From assembly GCA_964535335.1 (NCBI GenBank), contig CAZHUU010000001.1, positions 6,563 through 70,562 on the forward strand: a stretch of DNA of 64,000 bases. The letters run 5' to 3'. The DNA comes from an uncultured Mycobacterium sp. (GTDB lineage: Bacteria; Actinomycetota; Actinomycetes; Mycobacteriales; Mycobacteriaceae). This document shows, piece after piece, positions 9,754 through 19,328 of the stretch. Numbering within the stretch: position 1 is the stretch's first letter; each line of letters opens with the position of its first letter. Below the pieces are notes generated by a model, which saw only the letters and a program-made list of their open reading frames with translations, was not told where the DNA came from and did no database searches. The translations under genes and the position numbers were made by a program.

Positions 9754-11217
9754 TCAGCTGCCGGGTTGTCCGCCGCGCAGGTACACCGTCGTGGTGTGGG
9801 TGAAGAACTCCCGGGCGGCGGACCCCTGCTCCTTGGGGCCCAGCCCACTTTTCTTGGCGCCCCCGAACGGGACATGCGGATCGGCGCCTGCCGACTCGGA
9901 GTTGACGTGCAGCACGCCCACGTCGACGTGTTCCACGGCCTGCAGCACCCGAGTCAGGTCCTGGGTGAACACCGCTGCGGACAAACCGAATTCGCTGTCG
10001 TTGGCCAACTCGAACGCCTCGTCGTCGTCGGCGGCGCGCCGCACCGCGAGCACCGGGCCGAACAACTCCTCAGACCAGACATCGGCGGGACTGTTCAGCT
10101 CCACGACTGTCGGTGCGACGAAGTAGCCCTCGGCCAGCGGTCCGCCGCCGTAGGGGACTCCGCCGGCGAGAATCGCGCCGCCCTGCGCGATCGCCGAATC
10201 GATACCGGACTGGATGCTCTTCTGCGCCGAACCGCTGACCACCGGCCCCATCTGCGTCGCGTCATCGGTGGGGTCGCCGACCGCCAGCGCTTCGGCCCGT
10301 GTCGCGAGGGCGGCCAGGAACCTGTCGGCGATCCTTTCGGTGACGATCAAACGTGAAGTAGCGGTGCACTTCTGGCCGGTGGAGCGGAACGCCCCCAGCA
10401 TCACTTGCTCGAGTGCGAGGTCGAAGTCGGCGTCGTCGAGTACCACGGCGGCGTTCTTGCCGCCCATCTCGGCCTGCACCGGAACCCCGCGTGCCGCCGC
10501 CGCCGCGGCGATCCGTCGTCCTACCCCGGTGGATCCGGTGAAGGTGACCGCGTCGATGCCGTCGTGGTTGACCAGCCCGTCGCCGATCGTCGAATCCCCC
10601 ATCACCAGGTTCAGCACACCGGGTGGCAGGCCCGCCGCAGTCAGGGCCTCGGCGAGCCGGATGGCCAGCAGCGGAACGGTGCTGGCCGGTTTCCACACCA
10701 CGGTGTTGCCGTAGACCAGAGCGGGCGCGATCTTCCACGCGGGGATGGCGATCGGAAAGTTGAACGGGGTGATGACCGCCACGACACCGATGGGCTTGCG
10801 GGTCACCAGGATCTGCTCCCCGGCCCGCGGCGACGCGAAGATCTCGCCGGCCTGCCGGTCCCCCTCGTTGCCGTAGTAGCGCAGGATCTGCGCGGCGCGG
10901 CGCACTTCGCCGACCCCCTCGGCCCGGGTCTTGCCCTCCTCGATCGCCAACTCCAGACCCCAGGCCTCGGCGCTGCGTTCGACCACGGCTGCGGCGTCGA
11001 TCAGGATCGCGCCGCGCTGGTGGATGGGCGCTGCGGCCCACTCGGCGCGGGCATCCCGGGCGGCGGCCACGGCCCTTTCAAGGTCGGCAACTGTCGCCGA
11101 ATCACCCTGCGCGACAACGACAGTAGGTTGCGCAGGGTTGACGCTGAGTACGCGGGCGCCGGCGCCCGCGTGCCATTGACCGGCAATGAGGTGCCGCAGC
11201 TCGACCGTGTCGGTCAT
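9754..11217 (-). CDS. Aldehyde dehydrogenase (KGSADH/YcbD-like)
   Basis: TPFNFP, FTGS, EMGGKN, GQKC, EELFGP motifs. Confidence 0.9.
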   Translation of the reverse strand: MTDTVELRHLIAGQWHAGAGARVLSVNPAQPTVVVAQGDSATVADLERAVAAARDARAEWAAAPIHQRGAILIDAAAVVERSAEAWGLELAIEEGKTRAEGVGEVRRAAQILRYYGNEGDRQAGEIFASPRAGEQILVTRKPIGVVAVITPFNFPIAIPAWKIAPALVYGNTVVWKPASTVPLLAIRLAEALTAAGLPPGVLNLVMGDSTIGDGLVNHDGIDAVTFTGSTGVGRRIAAAAAARGVPVQAEMGGKNAAVVLDDADFDLALEQVMLGAFRSTGQKCTATSRLIVTERIADRFLAALATRAEALAVGDPTDDATQMGPVVSGSAQKSIQSGIDSAIAQGGAILAGGVPYGGGPLAEGYFVAPTVVELNSPADVWSEELFGPVLAVRRAADDDEAFELANDSEFGLSAAVFTQDLTRVLQAVEHVDVGVLHVNSESAGADPHVPFGGAKKSGLGPKEQGSAAREFFTHTTTVYLRGGQPGS

Positions 11218-11218
11218 G

Positions 11219-12418
11219 TCAACGGAACGCAGCTTGCCCGGTGAGGGCCTTACCGATCGAGAGCAGGTGCATCTCGGAGGTGCCCTCGTAGGTCAGCACC
11301 GATTCGAGGTTGTTGGCATGCCGCAGCGGCGAGTACTCCAGGGTGATGCCGCTGCCGCCCAACAGGGTTCGGCATTCACGGGCGATCGCCAGCGACTCAC
11401 GGACGTTGTTGAGCTTGCCCAGGCTGATCTGTTCGGGCCGAACCCCCTCGGCGTCCTTGATCCGGCCGAGGTGGATGGCCAGCAGCATGCCCTTGCCGAG
11501 CTCGAGGGTCATGTTGGCCAGCTTCTCCTGGGTCAGCTGGTAGCTCGACAGCGGACGGTCGAAGACGTCCCGCGACTGCGTGTAGGCGATCGCGGTTTCC
11601 AGGCTGTCCCGGGCCGCGCCGAGCGAGCCGAACACGATGCCGAAGCGCGCCTCGTTCAGGCAGGACAACGGCGCCCCCAGTCCCTCGGCGAGCGGCAGCT
11701 GGGCCGAGGCCGGCAGGCGGACGTTGTCGAGCACCAACTCAGAGGTCACCGAGGCCCGCAGCGACAGCTTCTTGTGAATCGCGTTGGCGGTGAAACCCGT
11801 TGTTTCCGTGGGGACCAGGAAGCCCCTGATCCCATCGTCGGTCTGGGCCCACACCGTCGCCACGTCGGCCAGGTTGCCGTTGGTGATCCACATCTTCGTG
11901 CCGTTGAGCACCCAGTCGCTGCCGTCCCGGCGGGCCCGGGTCCGCATGCCGGCCGGATTGGACCCGAAGTCCGGTTCGGTCAGCCCGAAGCAGCCGATGG
12001 CCTCGCCCGCGGCCAGCCGGGGCAGCCACTCGTTCTTCTGCTCCTCCGAGCCGTAGCGGTAGATCGAGAACATCGACAGTGAGCCCTGCACCGAGACGAA
12101 ACTGCGGAAGCCGCTGTCGCCCGCTTCGAGTTCCAGGCAGGCCAGGCCGTAGCTGACGGCGTTGGTCCCGGCGCAGCCGTACCCCTGCAGGTGCATACCG
12201 AGCACACCGAGCTCGCCGAACTCCTTGGCCAGTTCCTTGGGCAGGGTGGCCGACTCGAACCAGTCCCCGACGTTGGGCTTGAGCCGGGTCTCGACGAACT
12301 TGCGGACGGTCGCGGCGATGTCGCGCTCGTCTTCGTCGAGCAACCGGTCGATGCCGAACAGCTCCAGCGGTGTGTAGGTGTCCTTCTCGGGGGGTGCTGC
12401 GATGGTGCTCATCGTCAC
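11219..12418 (-). CDS. Acyl-CoA dehydrogenase, glutaryl-CoA dehydrogenase/FadE7-like (start 12418 or 12412)
   Basis: DSGFRSFVSVQ, GCFGLTEPDFGS, KMWITN, TYEGT motifs. Confidence 0.88.
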   Translation of the reverse strand: MTMSTIAAPPEKDTYTPLELFGIDRLLDEDERDIAATVRKFVETRLKPNVGDWFESATLPKELAKEFGELGVLGMHLQGYGCAGTNAVSYGLACLELEAGDSGFRSFVSVQGSLSMFSIYRYGSEEQKNEWLPRLAAGEAIGCFGLTEPDFGSNPAGMRTRARRDGSDWVLNGTKMWITNGNLADVATVWAQTDDGIRGFLVPTETTGFTANAIHKKLSLRASVTSELVLDNVRLPASAQLPLAEGLGAPLSCLNEARFGIVFGSLGAARDSLETAIAYTQSRDVFDRPLSSYQLTQEKLANMTLELGKGMLLAIHLGRIKDAEGVRPEQISLGKLNNVRESLAIARECRTLLGGSGITLEYSPLRHANNLESVLTYEGTSEMHLLSIGKALTGQAAFR

Positions 12419-13758
12419 GCGATCCGGATCAGCTTCTTGTTGACGAACTCGTCGATGCCGAACCGGCCCAGCTCGCGGCCGAACCCGGACCGCTTCACCC
12501 CGCCGAACGGCAGTTCCATGCTGTCCGCGCCGACAATGTTGACGAACACCATGCCGGCCTCGATCTTGTCGGCGACCCGCTTGGCCTGCTCGTCATCGGT
12601 GGTGAACAGATACGAGCCGAGGCCGAACGGGATGTCGTTGGCGATCTCCACTGCCTCGTCCTCGGAGTTGGCCTTGAACACCATGGCCACCGGTCCGAAC
12701 AGTTCCTCGCGGTAGGTCGCGGAGTCGGGGGAGACTCCGGTGAGCACGCCGGGCGGGAAGTAGGCACCCTTGCGCTCGCCCTGGGCCACCAGGTTGGCGC
12801 CGTCGGCCACCGCGCGGTCGACCTGTTCACCGAGACGGCTGGCGGCCGCGGCCGAGGACAGCGGGGCCAGGCCGTCGGCGGTCTCGAGCACCTTCTTGGT
12901 GAACTTGTCCAGGAACTCGTCATAGAGGTCGGCGGCGACGATGAAGCGCTTCGCGGCGTTGCACGCCTGGCCGGTGTTCTCGAATCGGCCGGCGACGGCG
13001 AGTTCGATCGCACCGTCCAGGTCGTCGGTGCTCAGCAGGATGAACGGATCGGATCCACCGAGTTCCAGGACCACCTTCTTGAGATTGCGCCCGGCGATCT
13101 CGGCCACCGCGGCACCCGCGCGCTCGGATCCGGTCAGCGAGACGCCCTGCACCCGCGGGTCGGCGATCGCCGTCGCGATCTGCTCGTTGGTGGCGTAGAC
13201 GTTGACGTAGGCGCCGGCGGGGAAGCCGGCGTCATCAAAGATCTTCTGGATGGCTTCGGCGGACTCGGGGCACTGCGGGGCGTGCTTGAGCACCACCGTG
13301 TTGCCCAGGGTCAGGTTGGGCCCGGCGAACCGCGCCACCTGGTAGTACGGGTAGTTCCACGGCATGATGCCCAGCAGCACGCCGACCGGTCCGCGCCGGA
13401 TGACGGCACTGCCTTCGCCGCCGAGCAACTCGATCGGCTCGTCGGCCAGGAACTTCTCGGCGTTGTCGGCGTAGTACTCGTAGATTGCGGCGCTGAAGTC
13501 CACCTCGCCGAGCGCCTGGTCGACGGGCTTGCCCATCTCCCGGTGGATGATCTCGGCCAGCTGTTCGCGGCGTTCGGTGTGCAGCGCGCCGACGCGGCGG
13601 ATCAGGTCCGCGCGCTCGGCCAGCGTCGACTTCTTCGACCACTCGCGGTAGGCCTTGCTGGCCGAGGCCAGCGCCTGCTCGATCTGCTTGTCGGTCGCGG
13701 TCGGATACTCCCGAACGACATCACCGGTCTTGGGGTCGACCACTGCGTACAGACTCAT
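12415..13758 (-). CDS. gabD: NAD(P)-dependent succinate/glutarate-semialdehyde dehydrogenase
   Basis: MPWNYP, LTGSERAG, ELGGSDP, GQAC, GFGRELG (SSADH GabD1 family). Confidence 0.85.
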   Translation of the reverse strand: MSLYAVVDPKTGDVVREYPTATDKQIEQALASASKAYREWSKKSTLAERADLIRRVGALHTERREQLAEIIHREMGKPVDQALGEVDFSAAIYEYYADNAEKFLADEPIELLGGEGSAVIRRGPVGVLLGIMPWNYPYYQVARFAGPNLTLGNTVVLKHAPQCPESAEAIQKIFDDAGFPAGAYVNVYATNEQIATAIADPRVQGVSLTGSERAGAAVAEIAGRNLKKVVLELGGSDPFILLSTDDLDGAIELAVAGRFENTGQACNAAKRFIVAADLYDEFLDKFTKKVLETADGLAPLSSAAAASRLGEQVDRAVADGANLVAQGERKGAYFPPGVLTGVSPDSATYREELFGPVAMVFKANSEDEAVEIANDIPFGLGSYLFTTDDEQAKRVADKIEAGMVFVNIVGADSMELPFGGVKRSGFGRELGRFGIDEFVNKKLIRIA

Positions 13759-13772
13759 GTCCCATCCTGATG

Positions 13773-13813
13773 GTTTAGTAGTGTAAAACTACAGAAGTTA
13801 TATACCGCTAAAC
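13773..13813. promoter_or_regulatory. Two imperfect palindromes, probable XRE-cupin operators
   Basis: GTTTAG-N5-TAAAAC (13773-13789) and GTTATA-N5-CTAAAC (13797-13813) in an AT-rich divergent promoter. Confidence 0.55.
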
Positions 13814-13862
13814 TTTGACTCCGCAAGGCCCAGGGGTCGGCAGCTGAAGGTGAGGTGCGCGG

Positions 13863-14471
13863 ATGTCCCGGAATGCAGTCACCGCCGACGACATCGCCGA
13901 CACCACCGACGGCTGGATGACTCGGCTCGGGCCGAAGCTGCGCACCCTGCGCAAGGACCGGCAGTTGACGCTGGAGGCGGTCGCCGACCGCGCCGGACTC
14001 ACCAAGGGGTTCCTCAGCCTCGTCGAACGGGGGCAGACCACGATCTCGGTGCCCAACCTGCTCAAGGTGTGCGAAATCCTCGGCGTCTCGGTGGGTTCGC
14101 TGTTCGACTACCCGGAGTCGCCGGTGGTCCGAAGTGGTCTGGGAGCGCCGGTGGAGATGGGCGGCAGCGGAATTCGCGAGTACGTGCTGACCCCGCAGAG
14201 CGAGCGTCACCTCCAGGTGATGCGCTCGGTGCTCAGGCCCGGTGGCGGCACCGGCGGCGCCTACACCCTGGACTCGGAGACGATCTTCGTCTTCGTCGTC
14301 CGCGGTTGCCTGCGCCTGACGGTCGAGGGCCAGGAGTCGTTGCTGAATACCGGCGACAGCTACACCTTCTCGGCACGCGCCGTGCACTCCTGGGACAACC
14401 CCGGCCAGGAGGAGGCAGAGGTGCTGTGGTCGATCGTTCCGCCGATCCCGCGCGCCGCCGCCGGAGAATGA
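13863..14471 (+). CDS. XRE-HTH + cupin regulator (PuuR-like)
   Basis: LTLEAVADRAGLTKGFLSLVERG HTH; C-terminal cupin LNTGDSYTF..HSWDN. Confidence 0.9.
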   Translation: MSRNAVTADDIADTTDGWMTRLGPKLRTLRKDRQLTLEAVADRAGLTKGFLSLVERGQTTISVPNLLKVCEILGVSVGSLFDYPESPVVRSGLGAPVEMGGSGIREYVLTPQSERHLQVMRSVLRPGGGTGGAYTLDSETIFVFVVRGCLRLTVEGQESLLNTGDSYTFSARAVHSWDNPGQEEAEVLWSIVPPIPRAAAGE

Positions 14472-14634
14472 GTCGGCACGGATGCGTGGCTGAGCCGTGA
14501 CTCGGCGCCCGGCCTCTGCTATCCGGTTCATTCCGACTCAATTGCACTTCGGTTTCGAATGTCTCAATCTCGTCCGAATCGCGAAACGGCGTGCTGTACT
14601 TGCGCAACTTGATCCCGAGTGGAGGTGAACCCGG

Positions 14635-14886
14635 ATGGCCAAATTGGGCAAGGTGTTGCGCCGCAAGGGCGCTGAACCGTCCATCGCGGTCGATCAGCGC
14701 GTGCGCGTCCACGCCGACACCGACCGGGAGGCCCGCGGTGTCGTGGTCGAGGACTTCGGCGAGATGGCCGGCCAGCCCGTCGATCTGGGCGAGACACACA
14801 TCGCGGACGCGGCGCGCCGATGGGCGGTGCTGCTCGACGAGGGCACGCTGTTGTTCGTCGACAGCCACCAGGTGGCTCCCGAGTAG
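14635..14886 (+). CDS. Small hypothetical protein (83 aa)
   Basis: GGAGG RBS, G/C-rich third codon positions, fills the intergenic space. Confidence 0.75.
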   Translation: MAKLGKVLRRKGAEPSIAVDQRVRVHADTDREARGVVVEDFGEMAGQPVDLGETHIADAARRWAVLLDEGTLLFVDSHQVAPE

Positions 14887-14889
14887 ACC

Positions 14890-16419
14890 TCAGCTCGGCC
14901 CGGTGGGCGTCGCGGTGGGTAATGCCGCGCAGACCTTCTGGACATCCCGGCCGGCGCACAGCACCGTGTAGTCCGGTCTGACGACGGCCGCGTGTGCACG
15001 ACCGCGGCGCAGCCATTGCGCCAATTCCCCACCCGGTTCGGCGATGCGCACCGTGGCTCCGCGGCTTTCCGCCAGCGATCGCTCCACCGGACGCAGCGGA
15101 CGGTCCACCACCACGGTGAAACCGTTGCCGGGTTCATCGTCGAACCGTCGCCCATCGGGCAGCACTGCGTTGGGGCACAACGTGCCCGCGAGCTCACCCG
15201 GCAGGTGCGACCGGTGCACCAGGGCGGACCGGTGCAGTGGCGGTGTCTTGGAATCGATGACCCGCTCCCTCAGTCCGGGCAGCAGGTGCATCCGCGGCAC
15301 GAGGGTGCGTCGGGCCAGATCACCGATCTGTCCGCCTGCGGTCATCGCCCGGCCGACCATCAGCGCGAGTCCGATCATCTTGCGGGCGTGCGGCTTTCGC
15401 TCCTGCTCGTAGGTGTCCAGAAGGTCCGGGCGCAGTGTCCCGTTCACGACCCCCGCGAGCTTCCAGGCTAGATTCATCGCGTCGCGCACACCGGCGCACA
15501 TGCCCTGCCCCACGAACGGTGGGGTCAGATGCGCCGCGTCGCCGAGCAGGAAGGTGTTGCCGCGCCGCCAATGGTCGGCGATCTTCGCGCGGAAGGTGTA
15601 ATCAGCCACCCGGATCACCTCGAGTTGCTCGTCGTCGATGCCCGTTATCCAGGGTGCGATGAGCGGACGCAGCGCACCGATCGTGCGGAAGTCATCGGCT
15701 GTCTCACCGGCCAGCAACCGGAATTCCCAGCGGTAGCGGACGTCGCCGATCTGCATGAAGGTGCCGGCGCGGCGCGGGTCGCACAACTGATGGACACCGC
15801 CCCACTGGTCGAGGTCGGCGGTGGTGGCGACGTCCACCACCAGCCAGCGCTGCTCGAAGTTCAGGTCCCGCATCCTCGCCCCGATGTGAGCGCGAACCAG
15901 GGAGTTCGCTCCGTCGCAGCCCAGCACGTAGTCGGCCTGAACCTCGTGGGTAGTCCCGTCGACGCGGTCGGTGTAGGAGATTTGGCTGCGCCCCTGCCCG
16001 ATTTCGACGATCTCGGCCACCTCGACGTTGCCCCGCAGTGTGGCGGTCGGATACCGCTCGAGATTGGTGCGCAACAGCGCCTCGAACTCGGGCTGGTCGA
16101 ACATGTTGGCTTCGGGATGACCGTGCCGGGTCTGCGCCGGATCGCGCTGGAACTCGGCCAGGACGGTCATCGCCGGATCCAGCAGTCGCAGGCCGAGGGC
16201 AGGCCGGGAAATCTTGGCGAATTCGTCGGCGACGCCCAGCCGGTGCACGATGCGGTACACCTCGTCGTCGAGGTGGACCGCGCGCGGCTGGGGGTACACG
16301 TCGGCCCACCGGTCCAGGACGAGGGTTTCCACCCCGCATTGGGCGAGCAGGGTGGCGGCGGTGACGCCGGTTGGTCCGGCTCCGATGATGACGACCGGCA
16401 CGGTGTTGGACTCGATCAT
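14890..16419 (-). CDS. FAD-dependent aromatic hydroxylase, MhpA (3-(3-hydroxyphenyl)propionate hydroxylase) family
   Basis: GAGPTG, GCDGANS, GDAAHLTPPFVGQG motifs, C-terminal VRPD; AAGGAG RBS. Confidence 0.88.
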   Translation of the reverse strand: MIESNTVPVVIIGAGPTGVTAATLLAQCGVETLVLDRWADVYPQPRAVHLDDEVYRIVHRLGVADEFAKISRPALGLRLLDPAMTVLAEFQRDPAQTRHGHPEANMFDQPEFEALLRTNLERYPTATLRGNVEVAEIVEIGQGRSQISYTDRVDGTTHEVQADYVLGCDGANSLVRAHIGARMRDLNFEQRWLVVDVATTADLDQWGGVHQLCDPRRAGTFMQIGDVRYRWEFRLLAGETADDFRTIGALRPLIAPWITGIDDEQLEVIRVADYTFRAKIADHWRRGNTFLLGDAAHLTPPFVGQGMCAGVRDAMNLAWKLAGVVNGTLRPDLLDTYEQERKPHARKMIGLALMVGRAMTAGGQIGDLARRTLVPRMHLLPGLRERVIDSKTPPLHRSALVHRSHLPGELAGTLCPNAVLPDGRRFDDEPGNGFTVVVDRPLRPVERSLAESRGATVRIAEPGGELAQWLRRGRAHAAVVRPDYTVLCAGRDVQKVCAALPTATPTGPS

Positions 16420-16436
16420 CCCAGCTCCTTCGATTA

Positions 16437-16477
16437 ACTGACGAAATCGTCACATACGGACACGCCGTCAGTCAAGA
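16437..16477. promoter_or_regulatory. 41-bp promoter/operator element, copy 1 (palindrome TGACGA-AA-TCGTCA)
   Basis: ACTGACGAAATCGTCACATACG-N9-TCAGTCAAGA, repeated at 19280-19320; minus strand carries a TTGACT -35. Confidence 0.85.
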
Positions 16478-16526
16478 GTTATTGATGAATTCCTCAGTAA
16501 TGAACATGGGCCGGTAGGATCGAGCC

Positions 16527-17171
16527 GTGCCCGAGGATTCCGAACAGCGAGTCAACCGGCTGGAGCGCCGTAAGCAGCGGACCCGTGCGGCCCTGGTCCG
16601 GGCGGCGCAGGTGCTGATCGCCGAGGGACGGCTCAACGTTCCGGTCCTGGAGATCACCCAGTCCGCAGACGTCGGCATGGGCTCGTTCTACAACCACTTC
16701 GACAGCAAGGAGCAGCTGTTCGAAGCCGCGGTGACCGATGTGCTCGACACCCACGGCGCCGTCCTGGATCACCTCACCGCCGACATCGAGGACCCCGCCG
16801 CGGTCTTCGCCTGCAGCTTTCGCCTGACCGGTCGGTTCTTCCGCGAGCGGCCGCAGGAGAGCCGAATCCTGCTGGCCAACTGGTCGGCGCTGATGACGTC
16901 GGACACGGGCCTGGCCCCGAGGGCGCTGCGCGACATCAAGGCCGCAGTGGCCGCCGGGCGGTTCCACATCGACGATCCCGAGTTGGCGCTCACGGTTGCG
17001 GCGGGAGCCCTGATGGGTCTCGGCCATCTCCTGGAACGTCAGCCGCAGCGCGACGCGAGCACGACGGCCGATGCCGTCACCGAAAGCGTCCTGCAATTGT
17101 TCGGGATGTCACCCGCCGACGCTCGCGAGGTGTGTGCGCTGCCGCTACCCGACCTCGACTTTCAGGGGTAG
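16527..17171 (+). CDS. TetR/AcrR regulator, probably leaderless
   Basis: ADVGMGSFYNHFDSKEQL HTH; TAGGAT -10 six nt before GTG. Confidence 0.9.
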   Translation: MPEDSEQRVNRLERRKQRTRAALVRAAQVLIAEGRLNVPVLEITQSADVGMGSFYNHFDSKEQLFEAAVTDVLDTHGAVLDHLTADIEDPAAVFACSFRLTGRFFRERPQESRILLANWSALMTSDTGLAPRALRDIKAAVAAGRFHIDDPELALTVAAGALMGLGHLLERQPQRDASTTADAVTESVLQLFGMSPADAREVCALPLPDLDFQG

Positions 17172-17193
17172 ACCTAGTCAGGCGTAGGCCTAC

Positions 17194-18132
17194 TCAGGCG
17201 TAGACCACCGTCATCCGCTGGGTGCCGAGGTCGATGGCGCCGTCGTCGGTGCCCACCGTCGCCTCGATGACGTCGCCGCTCTGCAGGTACTTCGGATTGC
17301 GGGCCTGACTCTTGAAGAACGCCTTCCATTTCACCGCGGGCGGCAGCAGCGAGGCGATGAACGCGATGGGCTTCGGCGGGGCGCTCAGCGCGGTGCCGAC
17401 CGGTGTCCCGGTGAGGATCAGGTCACCCGCGGCGAGGTCCTGGAACCGGCTCAGCGACTGCAGCGCCTGCACCGGCGAGTACAGCATGTCGCCGTCGACG
17501 AGCGCGTTCTGTCGCAGCTGCCCGTTGACCCGCAGCTGCAGGCGAAGCCCGCCGAACCGCTTCAGCTCGCCGGCGTCGACCAGCACCAGGGCCGGGCCGG
17601 TCGGGGTGAACGTCGGGTAGGACTTGGCCTCGTAGAACTGCGTCTGGGGCAGCTGGATGTCGCGGGCGGAGATGTCGTTGGTCACCACCAGGCCGGCAAT
17701 GTAGTCCGCGAGGTTGTCCTCGGAAATGGTTGTGCCGACCGGGATGTCGCGCCCGACGACCAGGCCGATCTCAACCTCGTAGTCGAGGAACTTGACGTGG
17801 GCCGGCTTCACCACCTCGGCGAACGGGCCGCTGATCGATGCCGATGACTTGCGAAAGAACGTCAGTGGAATGGTCTTGGGATCCATTCCGGCGTCCTCCA
17901 CATGCGAGGCGAAGTTGGTCATCTGGGCCACCACCCGGCACGGTGTGGTCACCGGGGACAGCAGGTCGAGATCAGCGACCGGGACGGTGTCGGTGCTGCG
18001 CGCCGCGGCATCGATGGCGGCGCGATCGGCGAGCAGTTCCGCGGTGGTGTGCGCCGAGGTGGAGATCTTCGCGGCCCCGGCGGGCGTCGCGACATACCAG
18101 GCATCGGCGGAGCGCAGGACGGAAACGGTCAT
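17194..18132 (-). CDS. Fumarylacetoacetate (FAH) family hydrolase
   Basis: FFRK, LDYEVE, NDISARD, AKSYPTF, GDLILTGTP; ATGA overlap with the VOC gene stop. Confidence 0.9.
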   Translation of the reverse strand: MTVSVLRSADAWYVATPAGAAKISTSAHTTAELLADRAAIDAAARSTDTVPVADLDLLSPVTTPCRVVAQMTNFASHVEDAGMDPKTIPLTFFRKSSASISGPFAEVVKPAHVKFLDYEVEIGLVVGRDIPVGTTISEDNLADYIAGLVVTNDISARDIQLPQTQFYEAKSYPTFTPTGPALVLVDAGELKRFGGLRLQLRVNGQLRQNALVDGDMLYSPVQALQSLSRFQDLAAGDLILTGTPVGTALSAPPKPIAFIASLLPPAVKWKAFFKSQARNPKYLQSGDVIEATVGTDDGAIDLGTQRMTVVYA

Positions 18133-19259
18133 GACGTGGCAACTTTCAGCAGTCCGATGAGGCGGGTGAGGTCGAACTCGTTCTTCTCGCGCAGCGCGGA
18201 GATCATGGAAACAGCTTCGTGGCGAGCGCTTCTCGGGTCGGTGCCGAGGAAGTCCTTGGTGGCACGCGGACCCCACTGCGCCAGTCCGGATGCGGTGAAG
18301 GGCGCCCAGCCGGGCTCTAGGGTGTCGTCGAACATGTCACCGTCGGCGTAGTGCTCCATGAGGAAGCCCTCGGGATCGCGCCAGTAGTCGAACAGCTGGC
18401 TGCCCTGGATGTGCCGGCCGATGCCCCAGGAGCGGAAGTAGCCACTGTCATCGAGGAATTCGCCGCCGGCGGCCAGCGCATCGAGGTCGCTGACCTGATA
18501 CGCCGAATGGACGTAACGGTTGGCCGGGCCCAGCGCCATCGCCAGGGTGTGGTGGTCGCTGGGGGTGGAGCCGCGGTCGCACCGGATGAAGCTCATCGTC
18601 GGGCCGCGGTGGCGCTGCCCGGGGTAGTACAGGAAGTCGCTGACGATCAACCCGAAATGGTCGAGGTACCAGTTCAGTGTCTCGATGTACTTCGTGGACT
18701 GCAGCACCACGTGGCCCAGCCGCTGGATCGCCGCGGGGGCCCGGGGAGGGCGCTGGGTGCCGTTGGCTCGCCGCAGGTCGTGGCCGAAGTTGAACACGTG
18801 GGGCTGTTGGCCGGGAAGCTCGGGCAGTTCGTGCATGCCGGCGACGACCTTGACCGGGGTGCCGGTGGGATCGGTGAGTTGGACGGCCACCCCGCCGAGC
18901 GAGTCGGGTAACGCGCGGGTGGGGGAGTTGGTGTGGTCAGCCAACCGCAGGACGTCGATCTCGTCCTGCGCTTTGAAGGCCAGGCCACAGAACCGGCTCC
19001 GCGGGCCGCTGCGGACCAGCACGCAGGGTGCGCCCGCGTCGGTCCCGCGGAGCAGCAACTCGTCGGCACTGCGCTGCGCGATGGTGAACCCGAAGGCACT
19101 GGCGAACGCTTCGGCCCTGCTCAGATCGGGTTTCTCGAACTCGAGCCAGGCCAGATCGGCCACCTTGATGACCGGGTTGCGGGAGCGTCCGGGATGCTCT
19201 CCGCGCTCCGCTCCGCGCTCGCTGTGTAGGTCGTTGTGCGCGCCGACGACGTCGCTCAT
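18129..19259 (-). CDS. VOC-family extradiol ring-cleavage dioxygenase (trihydroxytoluene oxygenase DntD-like)
   Basis: RLGHVV, HHT, HSAY, WGIGRHIQGSQLFDYWRDP..EH metal/active-site motifs; GAGGAGG RBS. Confidence 0.85.
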   Translation of the reverse strand: MSDVVGAHNDLHSERGAERGEHPGRSRNPVIKVADLAWLEFEKPDLSRAEAFASAFGFTIAQRSADELLLRGTDAGAPCVLVRSGPRSRFCGLAFKAQDEIDVLRLADHTNSPTRALPDSLGGVAVQLTDPTGTPVKVVAGMHELPELPGQQPHVFNFGHDLRRANGTQRPPRAPAAIQRLGHVVLQSTKYIETLNWYLDHFGLIVSDFLYYPGQRHRGPTMSFIRCDRGSTPSDHHTLAMALGPANRYVHSAYQVSDLDALAAGGEFLDDSGYFRSWGIGRHIQGSQLFDYWRDPEGFLMEHYADGDMFDDTLEPGWAPFTASGLAQWGPRATKDFLGTDPRSARHEAVSMISALREKNEFDLTRLIGLLKVATS

Positions 19260-19279
19260 CCGAGCCTCCTCACCTAGTT

Positions 19280-19320
19280 ACTGACGAAATCGTCACATAC
19301 GACGGATGAATCAGTCAAGA
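19280..19320. promoter_or_regulatory. 41-bp promoter/operator element, copy 2
   Basis: 22-bp and 10-bp blocks identical to 16437-16477 with the same 9-nt spacer length. Confidence 0.85.
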
Positions 19321-19328
19321 TGTCAGCC

